From a virus (taxonomy: Duplodnaviria; Caudoviricetes): DNA of 41,033 nucleotides. A model generated the notes under the pieces. That model was not told where the DNA came from and did not search any database. It saw nothing but the letters and a program-made list of their open reading frames with translations. Made by a program: the position numbers and the translations under genes. The stretch's first letter is position 1, and every line of letters starts with the position of its first letter. The stretch is taken from positions 1 to 41,033 of the IMG/VR virus record IMGVR_UViG_3300032327_000479; one strand, 5' to 3'. This document shows positions 16,892 to 25,422 of this stretch, in pieces.

Positions 16892-17338
16892 TTATCTATT
16901 AAATTTCTGGTCATTAGACCTACGGGTAATCTCACGGCTAACAAGAGATAGGTCACGCTCATGGTTAGTCAGCAACATCTCTACCAACTTACGGTAAGCG
17001 TACTTTTCCTCATAATCAGTATCGAGGTCTACAACATCTTGGTGTACAGCAATTTCTGCCTTTACTGTGGTTACTCGTTCACCCTTTACTTGAGAACCCA
17101 TGCGACGTATTAACATGGTGTTCTCTAAGAAGTCTTTTTTCTTTAGAGCGGAACGTTCTTCTAGCTGAGCCATGGTCAACTGAGAGTTAATGTAATCAGT
17201 CCAAGAGGTTAGCCTAGTAAACAATTCACCTAAATCTTCAGAACTTATAGAGGTAATGTCTGAAGGCAAACTTACTTGAGCGGATTCGGGTTTAGGGAAG
17301 GTTAATCCCCAAGCTGTAAAACGGTCTATGGCGCTCAT
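16892..17338 (-). CDS. helical protein, possible UvsY-like recombination mediator
   Basis: 148-aa all-helical pattern ending SREITRR, located in the RecA module. Inference. Confidence 0.45.
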   Translation of the reverse strand: MSAIDRFTAWGLTFPKPESAQVSLPSDITSISSEDLGELFTRLTSWTDYINSQLTMAQLEERSALKKKDFLENTMLIRRMGSQVKGERVTTVKAEIAVHQDVVDLDTDYEEKYAYRKLVEMLLTNHERDLSLVSREITRRSNDQKFNR

Positions 17339-18186
17339 TAGTCCTCCTTATAAGGGGCGCACTGCTTGCAAACTCCTCCAGGAGTATTGCTACATTTGGG
17401 GGCAACCCCTTCTGCGATTGCATCTACGACCTTTTGGGCTCCCTCAAAAACATGGGAAACAAGTTCGTAGTCTGCTTGAATAGAGGGGAACTCCCTCATC
17501 GATTGATCAGCTTTTAGTTCGTAAATAAAGGTAATCTCGTTTACATCATGCCCCATGCGCTTCATAAGCTCGAGGTAGACTTGCCCCTGAAGAACGTGTG
17601 GCCCGAAAGGAGTCTTGATAAGTTTCCAGGCTGCCATAAAGTCGCCATTAGCTTCTTGCATCAACTGCGGAGCTTCTGACCTAATAGTTCCTGGACCTAC
17701 GCTCTTGATTTCAATAAGAGTATCGACTCCAATACCTTTAATCCAACCATCCGTGTGACCTGCAATACGCAAGGGATTATCTAATAAGGTAACCTCGTCG
17801 TAAACAAGCTTAGTAGATGGTGCAAAACAGCTTTCACATTCTTGCGGGCTTGTACCCCAGGTAGTGCTGTCACAAGCTAAACACTTGAATTTTCCATGAA
17901 GTACTCCCATTTCTTGGAAGTACTTCTGCCACTTAGCGTGAATGTAATGTCCTTCGTCAAAGATAGACTGCAGACGTAAGGGTGGTTTTTCTGCGACTTT
18001 AGTAGACCCATTGAGCAAGAAGTACGAAGCTCGTTTACACCAGTCCCTCTTAATAATTTCTGAAGGGTGCAGAACAGTAGTGCTACGGTCTCCTACTGGA
18101 CGTGCAAGAAGAAATCGTTCGACGTCTCCAAGAAGGCGTGTGGGCTTTGCTTTTGCATCAAAGAACTTTTTTAGATTTTGATTCAT
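17338..18186 (-). CDS. Cas4-like PD-(D/E)XK exonuclease
   Basis: HPS...WC.R, G..IH, GHTDG, IEIKS, QGQVY and C-terminal Cx7Cx2C, plus an internal CxxC/CxxC insert. Confidence 0.85.
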   Translation of the reverse strand: MNQNLKKFFDAKAKPTRLLGDVERFLLARPVGDRSTTVLHPSEIIKRDWCKRASYFLLNGSTKVAEKPPLRLQSIFDEGHYIHAKWQKYFQEMGVLHGKFKCLACDSTTWGTSPQECESCFAPSTKLVYDEVTLLDNPLRIAGHTDGWIKGIGVDTLIEIKSVGPGTIRSEAPQLMQEANGDFMAAWKLIKTPFGPHVLQGQVYLELMKRMGHDVNEITFIYELKADQSMREFPSIQADYELVSHVFEGAQKVVDAIAEGVAPKCSNTPGGVCKQCAPYKED

Positions 18187-18526
18187 TTTGGGGTCCCTTT
18201 TCTAAACTGAATATGTAGTCTTTTAAAGACATTTTATTACGAAACTTTTTGTTCCATTTTCTTACCAAAGCGTTCCGTTCTCTGTGGGAGAGTCCCCCCC
18301 AGATTCCGTGTTGCTCATCGGTTCTGACGGCTTCCCAAAGACAACTCGTGCGTACAGGGCAAGGTAAAGTATTACCATCTCCGAAACAATAGCTTTTAGC
18401 TTTTGTTGCAATTTCTTTATAAACTGCTTTATCCCTCGGAGGATAAAATATATCGGGGTCATCTATACCGTCACATTCCGCTAAATGGTGCCAACTGAAA
18501 TCGCTATTCTGAAAGTGTTCTATCAA
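18158..18526 (-). CDS. whiB: second WhiB-family regulator
   Basis: W...AEC...PDIFYP...AKSYC-x8-CPVRTSC...HGIWGGLS.RER. Confidence 0.9.
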   Translation of the reverse strand: MIEHFQNSDFSWHHLAECDGIDDPDIFYPPRDKAVYKEIATKAKSYCFGDGNTLPCPVRTSCLWEAVRTDEQHGIWGGLSHRERNALVRKWNKKFRNKMSLKDYIFSLEKGPQNESKSKKVL

Positions 18527-18554
18527 GTTTGTCTCGTAATTCTAAGAAGTCCCC
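18504..18554 (-). pseudogene. stranded former 3' end of the Hjc-like gene (GDFLELRDKLDRTLSE*)
   Basis: Aligns with the present C-terminus TDLLEILEKLKMIN* of 19110..19430. Confidence 0.6.
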
Positions 18555-18594
18555 TTATAGTAAAAGTCTATAGTAAAAAGTAACTTCAAGCAAA

Positions 18595-19062
18595 CTATGA
18601 GTTATTACCCGAGTATCTTCCATAAGGCAATCCTCTAGAAAAAGTACGTTGTCGGTGACAGTTACTACACACCACTTCGCACTTAGCTATTTCATCTAAA
18701 ATAGCTTGTTTTGCAGCACGTCTATTTGCAAGTTTTGCAATTTCAAACTTTTTTTCAGTTCCAGGAAGGTGGTCAAATTCCATAACATATGGAGGATATT
18801 TTATTCCACAATCTTTGCACGGAACATCTTTAAAAGAATCTATAAAATCGGCTGTTTTATACCTAAGTTTTCGGGTGTAATCGTTAACATGAAGGTTATT
18901 GGCTTTACCCCATTGAGTGTGAGCTTTAGTGACGCATTTCCTACATTTGGGAAAAAGCTTTCCTTTACGACCTGCAGCTATTTCGGATTTACAAAAAGGT
19001 CTAAAAAATTCTTCTGTAAAAGGCTTTTCTTCTTTACAGGTAATGCACACATGAGTTTCCAT
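18595..19062 (-). CDS. free-standing HNH endonuclease
   Basis: CITC..., PCKDC...MEFDH...CEVVCSNCHRQRT. AT-rich cassette. Confidence 0.9.
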   Translation of the reverse strand: METHVCITCKEEKPFTEEFFRPFCKSEIAAGRKGKLFPKCRKCVTKAHTQWGKANNLHVNDYTRKLRYKTADFIDSFKDVPCKDCGIKYPPYVMEFDHLPGTEKKFEIAKLANRRAAKQAILDEIAKCEVVCSNCHRQRTFSRGLPYGRYSGNNS

Positions 19063-19068
19063 AAAACA

Positions 19069-19111
19069 AGTATAACTTAAAAACTATGTAAAAAACAATA
19101 AACATAGTTTT
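19069..19111 (-). promoter_or_regulatory. 10-bp hairpin plus -10 TATACT for a leaderless HNH transcript
   Basis: AAAACTATGT/ACATAGTTTT (19080-19111), with TATACT 6 nt upstream of ATG 19062. Confidence 0.5.
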
Positions 19112-19430
19112 AATTAATCATTTTTAATTTTTCTAAAATTTCTAATAGGTCTGTTTCAAGCATTATTACATAGTCTTCTCCATCAAGATGGATACCAAAT
19201 ACGGGTGTGCGGCCATCCAGGATAGCTTCGTTGGTTATTTTTTTTAACTCTTCAGACTGGATAGTCTTTGATTTTTTTCCAGTCCATTTATGCTCTACCA
19301 AAAGATCGGTACTACGAACATCCCCTTTTCGAGACCAAAAGGCCCCAGAAGCAGCGTTTACTTGCCCTCCAATTGCTTTGGCAATACGACGTTCATGCTT
19401 CTGGGACTGCTTTAGGCCTTCGGACTTCAT
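19110..19430 (-). CDS. Hjc-like PD-(D/E)XK endonuclease/resolvase
   Basis: HERRIAK...SGA...KGDV...LVEHK motif. Confidence 0.75.
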   Translation of the reverse strand: MKSEGLKQSQKHERRIAKAIGGQVNAASGAFWSRKGDVRSTDLLVEHKWTGKKSKTIQSEELKKITNEAILDGRTPVFGIHLDGEDYVIMLETDLLEILEKLKMIN

Positions 19431-19621
19431 TAGATACTTGCCTGTGTTACTACCACTAGGGCTACTTGCAAGCCAAACTTTTCTTGGGAGGTTACTGCTT
19501 TGTGCATTTGGTTCTTAAGCTCTCGCGTAATTTCAATGCGCATTTCTTCAGCTCCTTCTTTACGAAGTACGTTTTTTTCTTCTTCTACAAACTTTTCGTA
19601 GTCCTGCTCAATCGTGCTCAT
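19430..19621 (-). CDS. small hypothetical protein
   Basis: AAGGAG RBS before ATG 19621. Alternative start at 19645. Confidence 0.65.
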   Translation of the reverse strand: MSTIEQDYEKFVEEEKNVLRKEGAEEMRIEITRELKNQMHKAVTSQEKFGLQVALVVVTQASI

Positions 19622-20687
19622 TAGCCACTCCTTGGTTTTGCTCATTCGTCTCCCCTTCTGAGAAAAGAACTTTTGAAGATAGAACTTCGTTCCGAAGCTC
19701 CTCAAACAAGTCTACCTCTTCACGTACCGAATTAGCAAACGCTTCTGCACCTTGCCACTTACGGTCCTTGTGGTAAATCCAACCACCTTTACGGTCCACA
19801 ATTTGCTGAATGATAGAGAGTGCTACAACTTCTTTTGCAGTGTCAAAATCTCCTGGAGAGTAGATCCCGTGGTCTTTAAAGTAAAAGTCTACTGAAGCTA
19901 CTTGATACGGAGGAGCAGTCTTGTTCTTTACAGTCTTCATAATGATTTGTTGACCTACACGAACCTCATTTTCTCCTGAACCTGACTTAATCCAGTCTTT
20001 CCTACGAACTTCTGTGCGAGTGAAATACGCGTAGTCTTTGCCTACTCCACCTGGAGTAGTACGAGGGTCGCCATGCATGACCCCGATTTTCATACGCCAC
20101 TGGTTAATGATAATTCCTAAAATAGGACGTTCACTTTCAGTAAGACTACGTTTAATGGCAGCACCTGCTTTGCGGAAAAACTTATTAGTGATTAAAGCAC
20201 CTCGTCCAACAGTCATTTCATCCATGTTTTTTTGGTCTTCGGGACCTGGGATCAATGCGGGAAGAGAGTCAATAACAATCGCATCCACAGACCGAGATTC
20301 TGCAAAAGCAATTACTGCGTCGTAAGCTTCTTCCATAATGTTAGTTTCTACAACAATTACGCGGCTTTCATCTACCCCACACATCTGCGCGTATTCTGGA
20401 ACCCATTGCTCGGCAGCTACCCATACAGTCGTGAACTCTGGGTTTAACGCTTGATTTGCAGCAATAGTCTTTAGAGCAATAGCGGTTTTACCATGAGAGG
20501 GTTCTCCAATAAGCTCGTTCCATTGATTAGCAGGAAACCCTCCTCCTAAAATGTAATCAAAAGTAGTAGACCCTGTGGGAACTCGTGAAAGTAAATCAGA
20601 GCGGATGTCTTTACCAATGACCACGGCATCATGACCAAGCTTCTTATTAATCTGAGCCATAATCTTTTTAGCTTCAACGTTAATCAT
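19608..20687 (-). CDS. recA: RecA-family recombinase
   Basis: PTGS..FD.ILGGG, Walker A GEPSHGKT, IVIDS, INQWR.KIGVMHGDP.TTPGG and VKNK.APP. Confidence 0.95.
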   Translation of the reverse strand: MINVEAKKIMAQINKKLGHDAVVIGKDIRSDLLSRVPTGSTTFDYILGGGFPANQWNELIGEPSHGKTAIALKTIAANQALNPEFTTVWVAAEQWVPEYAQMCGVDESRVIVVETNIMEEAYDAVIAFAESRSVDAIVIDSLPALIPGPEDQKNMDEMTVGRGALITNKFFRKAGAAIKRSLTESERPILGIIINQWRMKIGVMHGDPRTTPGGVGKDYAYFTRTEVRRKDWIKSGSGENEVRVGQQIIMKTVKNKTAPPYQVASVDFYFKDHGIYSPGDFDTAKEVVALSIIQQIVDRKGGWIYHKDRKWQGAEAFANSVREEVDLFEELRNEVLSSKVLFSEGETNEQNQGVANEHD

Positions 20688-20883
20688 CTGTGTGCTCCTT
20701 CTTTAAATCTTCTAAAAGTACATCTGAAATTTCTAAAAGAAAGGTTGCGTCTCCGATACTTTCTCCTCCTGACACGTTGGTCAAGTCATTAGCCACTGCT
20801 TTGAGAAAATCAGTAGCATGGTAAATACCGTCATTAAAACCTACTTCGTAATGACGTTTTAAATCTTTTTGAAAGCCATCCAT
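20680..20883 (-). CDS. small acidic hypothetical protein
   Basis: Overlaps the recA start and supplies its AAGGAG RBS. Confidence 0.65.
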   Translation of the reverse strand: MDGFQKDLKRHYEVGFNDGIYHATDFLKAVANDLTNVSGGESIGDATFLLEISDVLLEDLKKEHTDD

Positions 20884-20885
20884 AA

Positions 20886-21275
20886 TTACCCGTTTATCGT
20901 TCCGATAATCCCTTGAGGATTATAGTTGTTAGTTGTGTTGTTACCTAAGGCTTGTTTCGTCGTACCTTCAACTTGTGCCCCAGCAAGTGCGCCATAGCGA
21001 CTACCTTGTTGTTCGAGGGGGTACCCGCAATCAAAGCAACGTGGTGCTGCATTTTGAACAGACATAAAGTTGTTCGACCCGCAGTCAGGACATGGAGCAG
21101 TCTGACGAGCAGATTGCGCTTTCTCCGAGGGCTGCGCACTTGGTTGAAAGGAAGGCATCGGAGGCATTGGCTGCTGCGTTGATGGCATAGGGAGCTGATT
21201 AGGTGACCGTACTGAAACGGGTTGTTGAGGGGTAGTTGGGGCCAGTTTATTAGCCCACCAATCTGCATTGTTCAT
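20886..21275 (-). CDS. Pro/Gln-rich protein with Zn ribbon
   Basis: CPDC...CFDC, ATGA coupling. Confidence 0.8.
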   Translation of the reverse strand: MNNADWWANKLAPTTPQQPVSVRSPNQLPMPSTQQPMPPMPSFQPSAQPSEKAQSARQTAPCPDCGSNNFMSVQNAAPRCFDCGYPLEQQGSRYGALAGAQVEGTTKQALGNNTTNNYNPQGIIGTING

Positions 21276-21682
21276 TTTTTATCCTTCGGAACTAATAGAA
21301 ATCCCATGTCAACTATTTGGCTCATTGCCCCGACTAACACGGAAAATGCGTACTCTTCTAAAAACTTTTTGTTATGTAGCCAGAGTTCTTCTGGAAGAGA
21401 CTTAAACTCTTCAGGAAGTTGAAATTGCTGAAACCCCGAAGTTCCATCAGCAAGGGTTTTAGCATAGGCATACATAACAGGAATCATGTAAGCTATCCTG
21501 TCTACACGCTTATCGCTTTCTTGCTCTTCGTGGTCTGCTCCTTCATCACTAATTGCAGAGCATCCTAGTAAGACGCTAATCTCATGACCATGCTGAACTT
21601 GAGAGTCTAGAATAAACGCTCGAGTACGAGCAGACATGTCTGCCATAGTGAACTTTGTTCGTTTGTTTTTCTTACCAAACAC
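21272..21682 (-). CDS. hypothetical protein
   Basis: GTG start overlapping the polA stop. Confidence 0.75.
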   Translation of the reverse strand: MFGKKNKRTKFTMADMSARTRAFILDSQVQHGHEISVLLGCSAISDEGADHEEQESDKRVDRIAYMIPVMYAYAKTLADGTSGFQQFQLPEEFKSLPEELWLHNKKFLEEYAFSVLVGAMSQIVDMGFLLVPKDKK

Positions 21683-23688
21683 TACTTAGCTTCACCCCAT
21701 TTATCTACAACATAAATCTCTGCTTTTAGAGGAACAGTAATTTGTGGCAAAGATACTCCTTCCATAGACTGACGAATAGCTTCTACAACTTCTTCTGCAC
21801 GATTATTTGGACAAATGGTTACCAATTCATCGTGCACTGTCAATACTACATTAATATCTGGCTCATCTACAAAGCAGGAATGAGCGCGGACTAAAGCGAC
21901 TTTCATTACATCTGCCGCAGACCCTTGAATCATGGTGTTAAAAGCTTGACGTTCTGCCCGTGCAAGCAACCCCACGTTATCCCTAACCAAAAGATCAGGG
22001 ATGTACCGCCTACGACCAAACAGTGTTTCTACGTAAGGTAGAGGGTCTTTATTACGGGCTAACCTAATAACGCTATTCTTGTACTTCGAGATAGAAGTAA
22101 ACTCTCGTTCAAAACGAAGAAGAAGCTCTTTAGCCTCTTTAACGGTACATCCGATAGAGGTAGCGATTTTATCAGGACCAACTCCGTAGGAGATTGCCAA
22201 TACTAGAACTTTGCCCGCCTTGCGATCAACTCCCATAGTATTACCGATAGTAGTGTAGATGTCTCCTCCAGAGAGGTAGTTGTCTACTAACCTAGGGTCT
22301 CCAGAGAATGAGGCAATAATCCTAGGCTCAATCTGAGAGTAGTCAGCAACTACTAGCTTGTGTCCTGGAGGAGCAACAAAAAGATTACGGATAAGTTTTC
22401 CGTAGTCACCAGAACTAGGGATATTTTGTAGGTTAGGTTCTGATGAACTTAAGCGACCAGTTTCTGCTCCATGAGATTTAAAGTTAGTGTGTACACGCCC
22501 ATTGATAAGCAGTGACCTTTTCTCAGTAACAGTCTTCTTGCCATTGGTTTCACGTTCAACCATGCCACCTTTGTAAGGGGTTACATACGTAGTCATAAGC
22601 TTATTCAAGTCAGCGTATTCCAACAGAGCATCTACTAGAGTATCTTTACCCCTATAAAAGTCTAGGGCATCTGAAGCAACAGAAAAGTGAGCATAAGTCA
22701 AAGGCTGCTTACTCCTGTATACATCGCGCCCTTTGTCTGTTAGCGTGTTGCCGAACTTAGGTTGCATAGGAAGCCTTGGAGCTTCACCATTTGGGCCAGG
22801 ACCATACAGCAACCGTTGCCGAACAGGAACAGAGTTAATCGCAAATGGTTCTCCTGCAATCTTAAACGCCCTTGCTTTTGCCGCTTCTTTGTCGTTGCCA
22901 ATTTGTTCTGCCAGCATGTCTAGCTGTTCTTGGTCAATGTATGCCCCAGCAAGTTCCATGTCAGCAAGAGCTCCTAACACATCCATTTCTAGCTTCCAGA
23001 CTTTACGCAAGTTACCAGTAATCTTGTTTGCCAAAACCTTGTACAAACGCCAAGTAAGTTCGGAGTCAATACCTGAGTAGTTAGCCACGTCAGGGAAAGA
23101 GTGAAGGGCTACGTTCTCTCCGATACCCTTTTCCATCTCAACGTTTAACTCTCGCGCTACACAAGCTTTTAGTCCAAGACTATTTTTATTGAGGTTGTTG
23201 GTAATCATCGCAGCCATTAAGGTATCAAAATGAGGCTTACTAGGAATGTTACCTCCGTAGTACTTAGCAATTGATTTTAAGTCGAACTTAGCATTATGAG
23301 CAACCTTAAGTTGCGGACCAAACATTAAAGGCTTAATCCCATCGAATACTTGACGTGGGGTTAGCTGTACAGGTGGCTCATCAAAATGAGGCTCCCATTT
23401 TTTTTGGTCTTTAGAGTAATGTACATCGGTAAGCTCTTTACCCTCAGCAAAACGACGCTGTCCTGCTAATAGTAGTGGCTTTTTCCACTCAGTGAACTCT
23501 CCATTAGGATGTCCCATCGGGATAACATCTACTCGACCTTCAGTAGCAAAAGAAATCCAGCAAACATCATTGATGATTGGGTACAGACGGTTTTCACCGA
23601 TGGTCTCTACGTCAAATGCAAAGGCATCAACGGACTTATAAAAATCTACAAACTCTTGGAGCTGTTCCGTGGTAGTGATTATGTTCAT
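21682..23688 (-). CDS. polA: family A DNA polymerase with 3'-5' exonuclease domain
   Basis: FDVET, HNAKFD, TGRLSSSEPNLQNIP, DYSQIEPR, RKAGKVLVLAISYG, QGSAAD and VHDE. Confidence 0.96.
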   Translation of the reverse strand: MNIITTTEQLQEFVDFYKSVDAFAFDVETIGENRLYPIINDVCWISFATEGRVDVIPMGHPNGEFTEWKKPLLLAGQRRFAEGKELTDVHYSKDQKKWEPHFDEPPVQLTPRQVFDGIKPLMFGPQLKVAHNAKFDLKSIAKYYGGNIPSKPHFDTLMAAMITNNLNKNSLGLKACVARELNVEMEKGIGENVALHSFPDVANYSGIDSELTWRLYKVLANKITGNLRKVWKLEMDVLGALADMELAGAYIDQEQLDMLAEQIGNDKEAAKARAFKIAGEPFAINSVPVRQRLLYGPGPNGEAPRLPMQPKFGNTLTDKGRDVYRSKQPLTYAHFSVASDALDFYRGKDTLVDALLEYADLNKLMTTYVTPYKGGMVERETNGKKTVTEKRSLLINGRVHTNFKSHGAETGRLSSSEPNLQNIPSSGDYGKLIRNLFVAPPGHKLVVADYSQIEPRIIASFSGDPRLVDNYLSGGDIYTTIGNTMGVDRKAGKVLVLAISYGVGPDKIATSIGCTVKEAKELLLRFEREFTSISKYKNSVIRLARNKDPLPYVETLFGRRRYIPDLLVRDNVGLLARAERQAFNTMIQGSAADVMKVALVRAHSCFVDEPDINVVLTVHDELVTICPNNRAEEVVEAIRQSMEGVSLPQITVPLKAEIYVVDKWGEAK

Positions 23689-23709
23689 TTTACGCCTCAA
23701 AAGTAAATG

Positions 23710-23754
23710 AACGGGGAACCAAGGTGAAGGGAGGGAAAACCTTGGTTCCCCGTT
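23710..23754 (-). terminator. 16-bp perfect hairpin between ssb and polA
   Basis: AACGGGGAACCAAGGT/ACCTTGGTTCCCCGTT with a 13-nt pyrimidine loop on the - strand. Confidence 0.75.
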
Positions 23755-23769
23755 TCTGGGGGGAAAGGA

Positions 23770-24438
23770 CTAAGAGACTAGTCCCCGAGCGATAGTTAGC
23801 AGTTCCTCACGAGGCGTTGATGAGATTACTGAACTGTCGTACCGCACAGCTGTCGCAACTACTGCCGCAACGTCATCTGGATCAAGTTCAAACTCTTCAG
23901 CAAGGTCAGTGGCACGTACACGCTCAAGGGTGTACTGAGTGTCGCGTCCCATACCGAGGCGTTTGATTTCCCAGTAATAACGAGTAAGAGGACCCTTCTT
24001 AGGGTCTTCATGTGCAGCCTGTAGAAGCTTGGCAAGAGTGGGAACAGCAATCATAACCTGAACGGTTGGCTCTTCCTCATTCAATACCATAACATTGAAG
24101 GCGAATTTAGCGCGAGGGTGATCCCCTGCGATGATACAGAGTGGGCAGTTGTCACCTAGACATACAAATGAACGACGGCCCTCGGTGCGGTCAACCCAGT
24201 GCTCCTCGTAAACCTTGAAAGGTTCATCATCGAGAAAACGAACAAGGGTGCCTTGCTCCGAGAATTTCATAAATGAAGCGTACTTACTATCTGAAGTTGA
24301 GGACTTCTTTTTCAAGAAAGCACTTGCTGCGGCCCAGCCACCTGCCTGAACAGTGGTACCGTGCTGGGGTGTTGCGGTTGGCTCATCTTCTTCAAGAAGG
24401 TAAGCGTTAGCATCCATAATAGGAGGGTTAATTGCCAT
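23770..24438 (-). CDS. single-stranded DNA-binding protein, gp32-like
   Basis: VRFL...EHW...FVC...CPLC, F.FNV, an OB-fold-like strand pattern and a position next to polA. Confidence 0.75.
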   Translation of the reverse strand: MAINPPIMDANAYLLEEDEPTATPQHGTTVQAGGWAAASAFLKKKSSTSDSKYASFMKFSEQGTLVRFLDDEPFKVYEEHWVDRTEGRRSFVCLGDNCPLCIIAGDHPRAKFAFNVMVLNEEEPTVQVMIAVPTLAKLLQAAHEDPKKGPLTRYYWEIKRLGMGRDTQYTLERVRATDLAEEFELDPDDVAAVVATAVRYDSSVISSTPREELLTIARGLVS

Positions 24439-24477
24439 GATGTTTATGGTTCTTTCTGCGTTGGGACTTTCGTCCAG

Positions 24478-24975
24478 TTATTCGGAGGTCGATTGACTCT
24501 CAGTTTTCACGATTTCTTCCCACTTAGCAAGTAGCTCTAGTGTTAGGTCTTCGTGTTTATTCCATTCTACACGAGACGAACCCAAAAGTCCACGTCGTGA
24601 GAATTCTTTTATTGTAGTTTCGATAAGAGGACGTGTGTAAACACGATTCCCACTTACCTTTTTACCATTTAAACTCTTCGAGCGCAAGCGGTATGGGCAG
24701 TTAGGAATGTACCCGTTTTTTTCCCATAACCGAATAGTGACTATTTCTTTTTCTAGGGCTTGAGCTAAAGCTCCAATAGTAAAAGTTTCAATGTTTTTTC
24801 CTAAAAAGAAACGCATTTTAGGTGAGGCATCCCACCCATTAGATTCTCCTAAATATTGCTTACGTTTTTTTTCTGCAATAGGATTATCTTCACGTCGTTT
24901 TTTCTTAGAGCCTGGCACAAAGTCTAGCCCATCGAAAGCTTTAAGGATGTCTTCATCGCTACGTAGCCCTGGCAT
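24478..24975 (-). CDS. MerR-like HTH DNA-binding protein
   Basis: FTIGALAQAL...TIRLWEKNGYIP...GNRVYT. Confidence 0.8.
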   Translation of the reverse strand: MPGLRSDEDILKAFDGLDFVPGSKKKRREDNPIAEKKRKQYLGESNGWDASPKMRFFLGKNIETFTIGALAQALEKEIVTIRLWEKNGYIPNCPYRLRSKSLNGKKVSGNRVYTRPLIETTIKEFSRRGLLGSSRVEWNKHEDLTLELLAKWEEIVKTESQSTSE

Positions 24976-24976
24976 G

Positions 24977-25420
24977 TTACTTCTTCAGTGTCCTCAAAGC
25001 CCAAGTAACATTTGCAGGAAACATGCTGTCTAGTTCTTCCTCTGTGATGTCTCCGTTGTAATACGCAGCCATCAATGCTTCTTCGTTAATTACTTGCTTA
25101 GTTTCATAGATAGCGGCCCCAATACCTTTTGCATTGATAATGGTTTCAGCAAGTGGCTCGTTAAGCTTTCGAGATACACGCCGTTGTTTTTCAATGCCTA
25201 CAAACCCCTCGATGTCAGCTCCAAGAGAAAGAACTACGTTTCCGTTTAGGTCTTCTTCTCCTTGCAAGTCAATCTGAGAAAACAAGGTCTCACGAAGTTT
25301 TTTGGTAATTCCGTCTAGCATGTCAATGGACTTCTTAGCCCGAATGTACTCGCGAACTTGTGAGTTAAAATCATCAGGGTTTAAAAAGCTGCGTCCTTCT
25401 TCAGGGGTTTTTAATGCCAT
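24977..25420 (-). CDS. hypothetical protein with coiled-coil N-terminus
   Basis: GGAGG RBS, 147 aa. Confidence 0.75.
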   Translation of the reverse strand: MALKTPEEGRSFLNPDDFNSQVREYIRAKKSIDMLDGITKKLRETLFSQIDLQGEEDLNGNVVLSLGADIEGFVGIEKQRRVSRKLNEPLAETIINAKGIGAAIYETKQVINEEALMAAYYNGDITEEELDSMFPANVTWALRTLKK

Positions 25421-25422
25421 AG

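Noticed and set aside
17338-18186. Cas4-like gene as evidence of a CRISPR-Cas system
   Set aside because: No cas1/cas2 or array. The context is a recombination module.
18555-19150. Group I intron carrying the HNH
   Set aside because: Only about 40-50 non-coding nt on each side, too short for a ribozyme core, and the upstream gene has its own in-frame stop.
24460-24505. Hammerhead ribozyme (CTGAGAGTC...GGACGAAA on the - strand)
   Set aside because: The core lacks CUGANGA spacing, and flanking stems I/III could not be formed.
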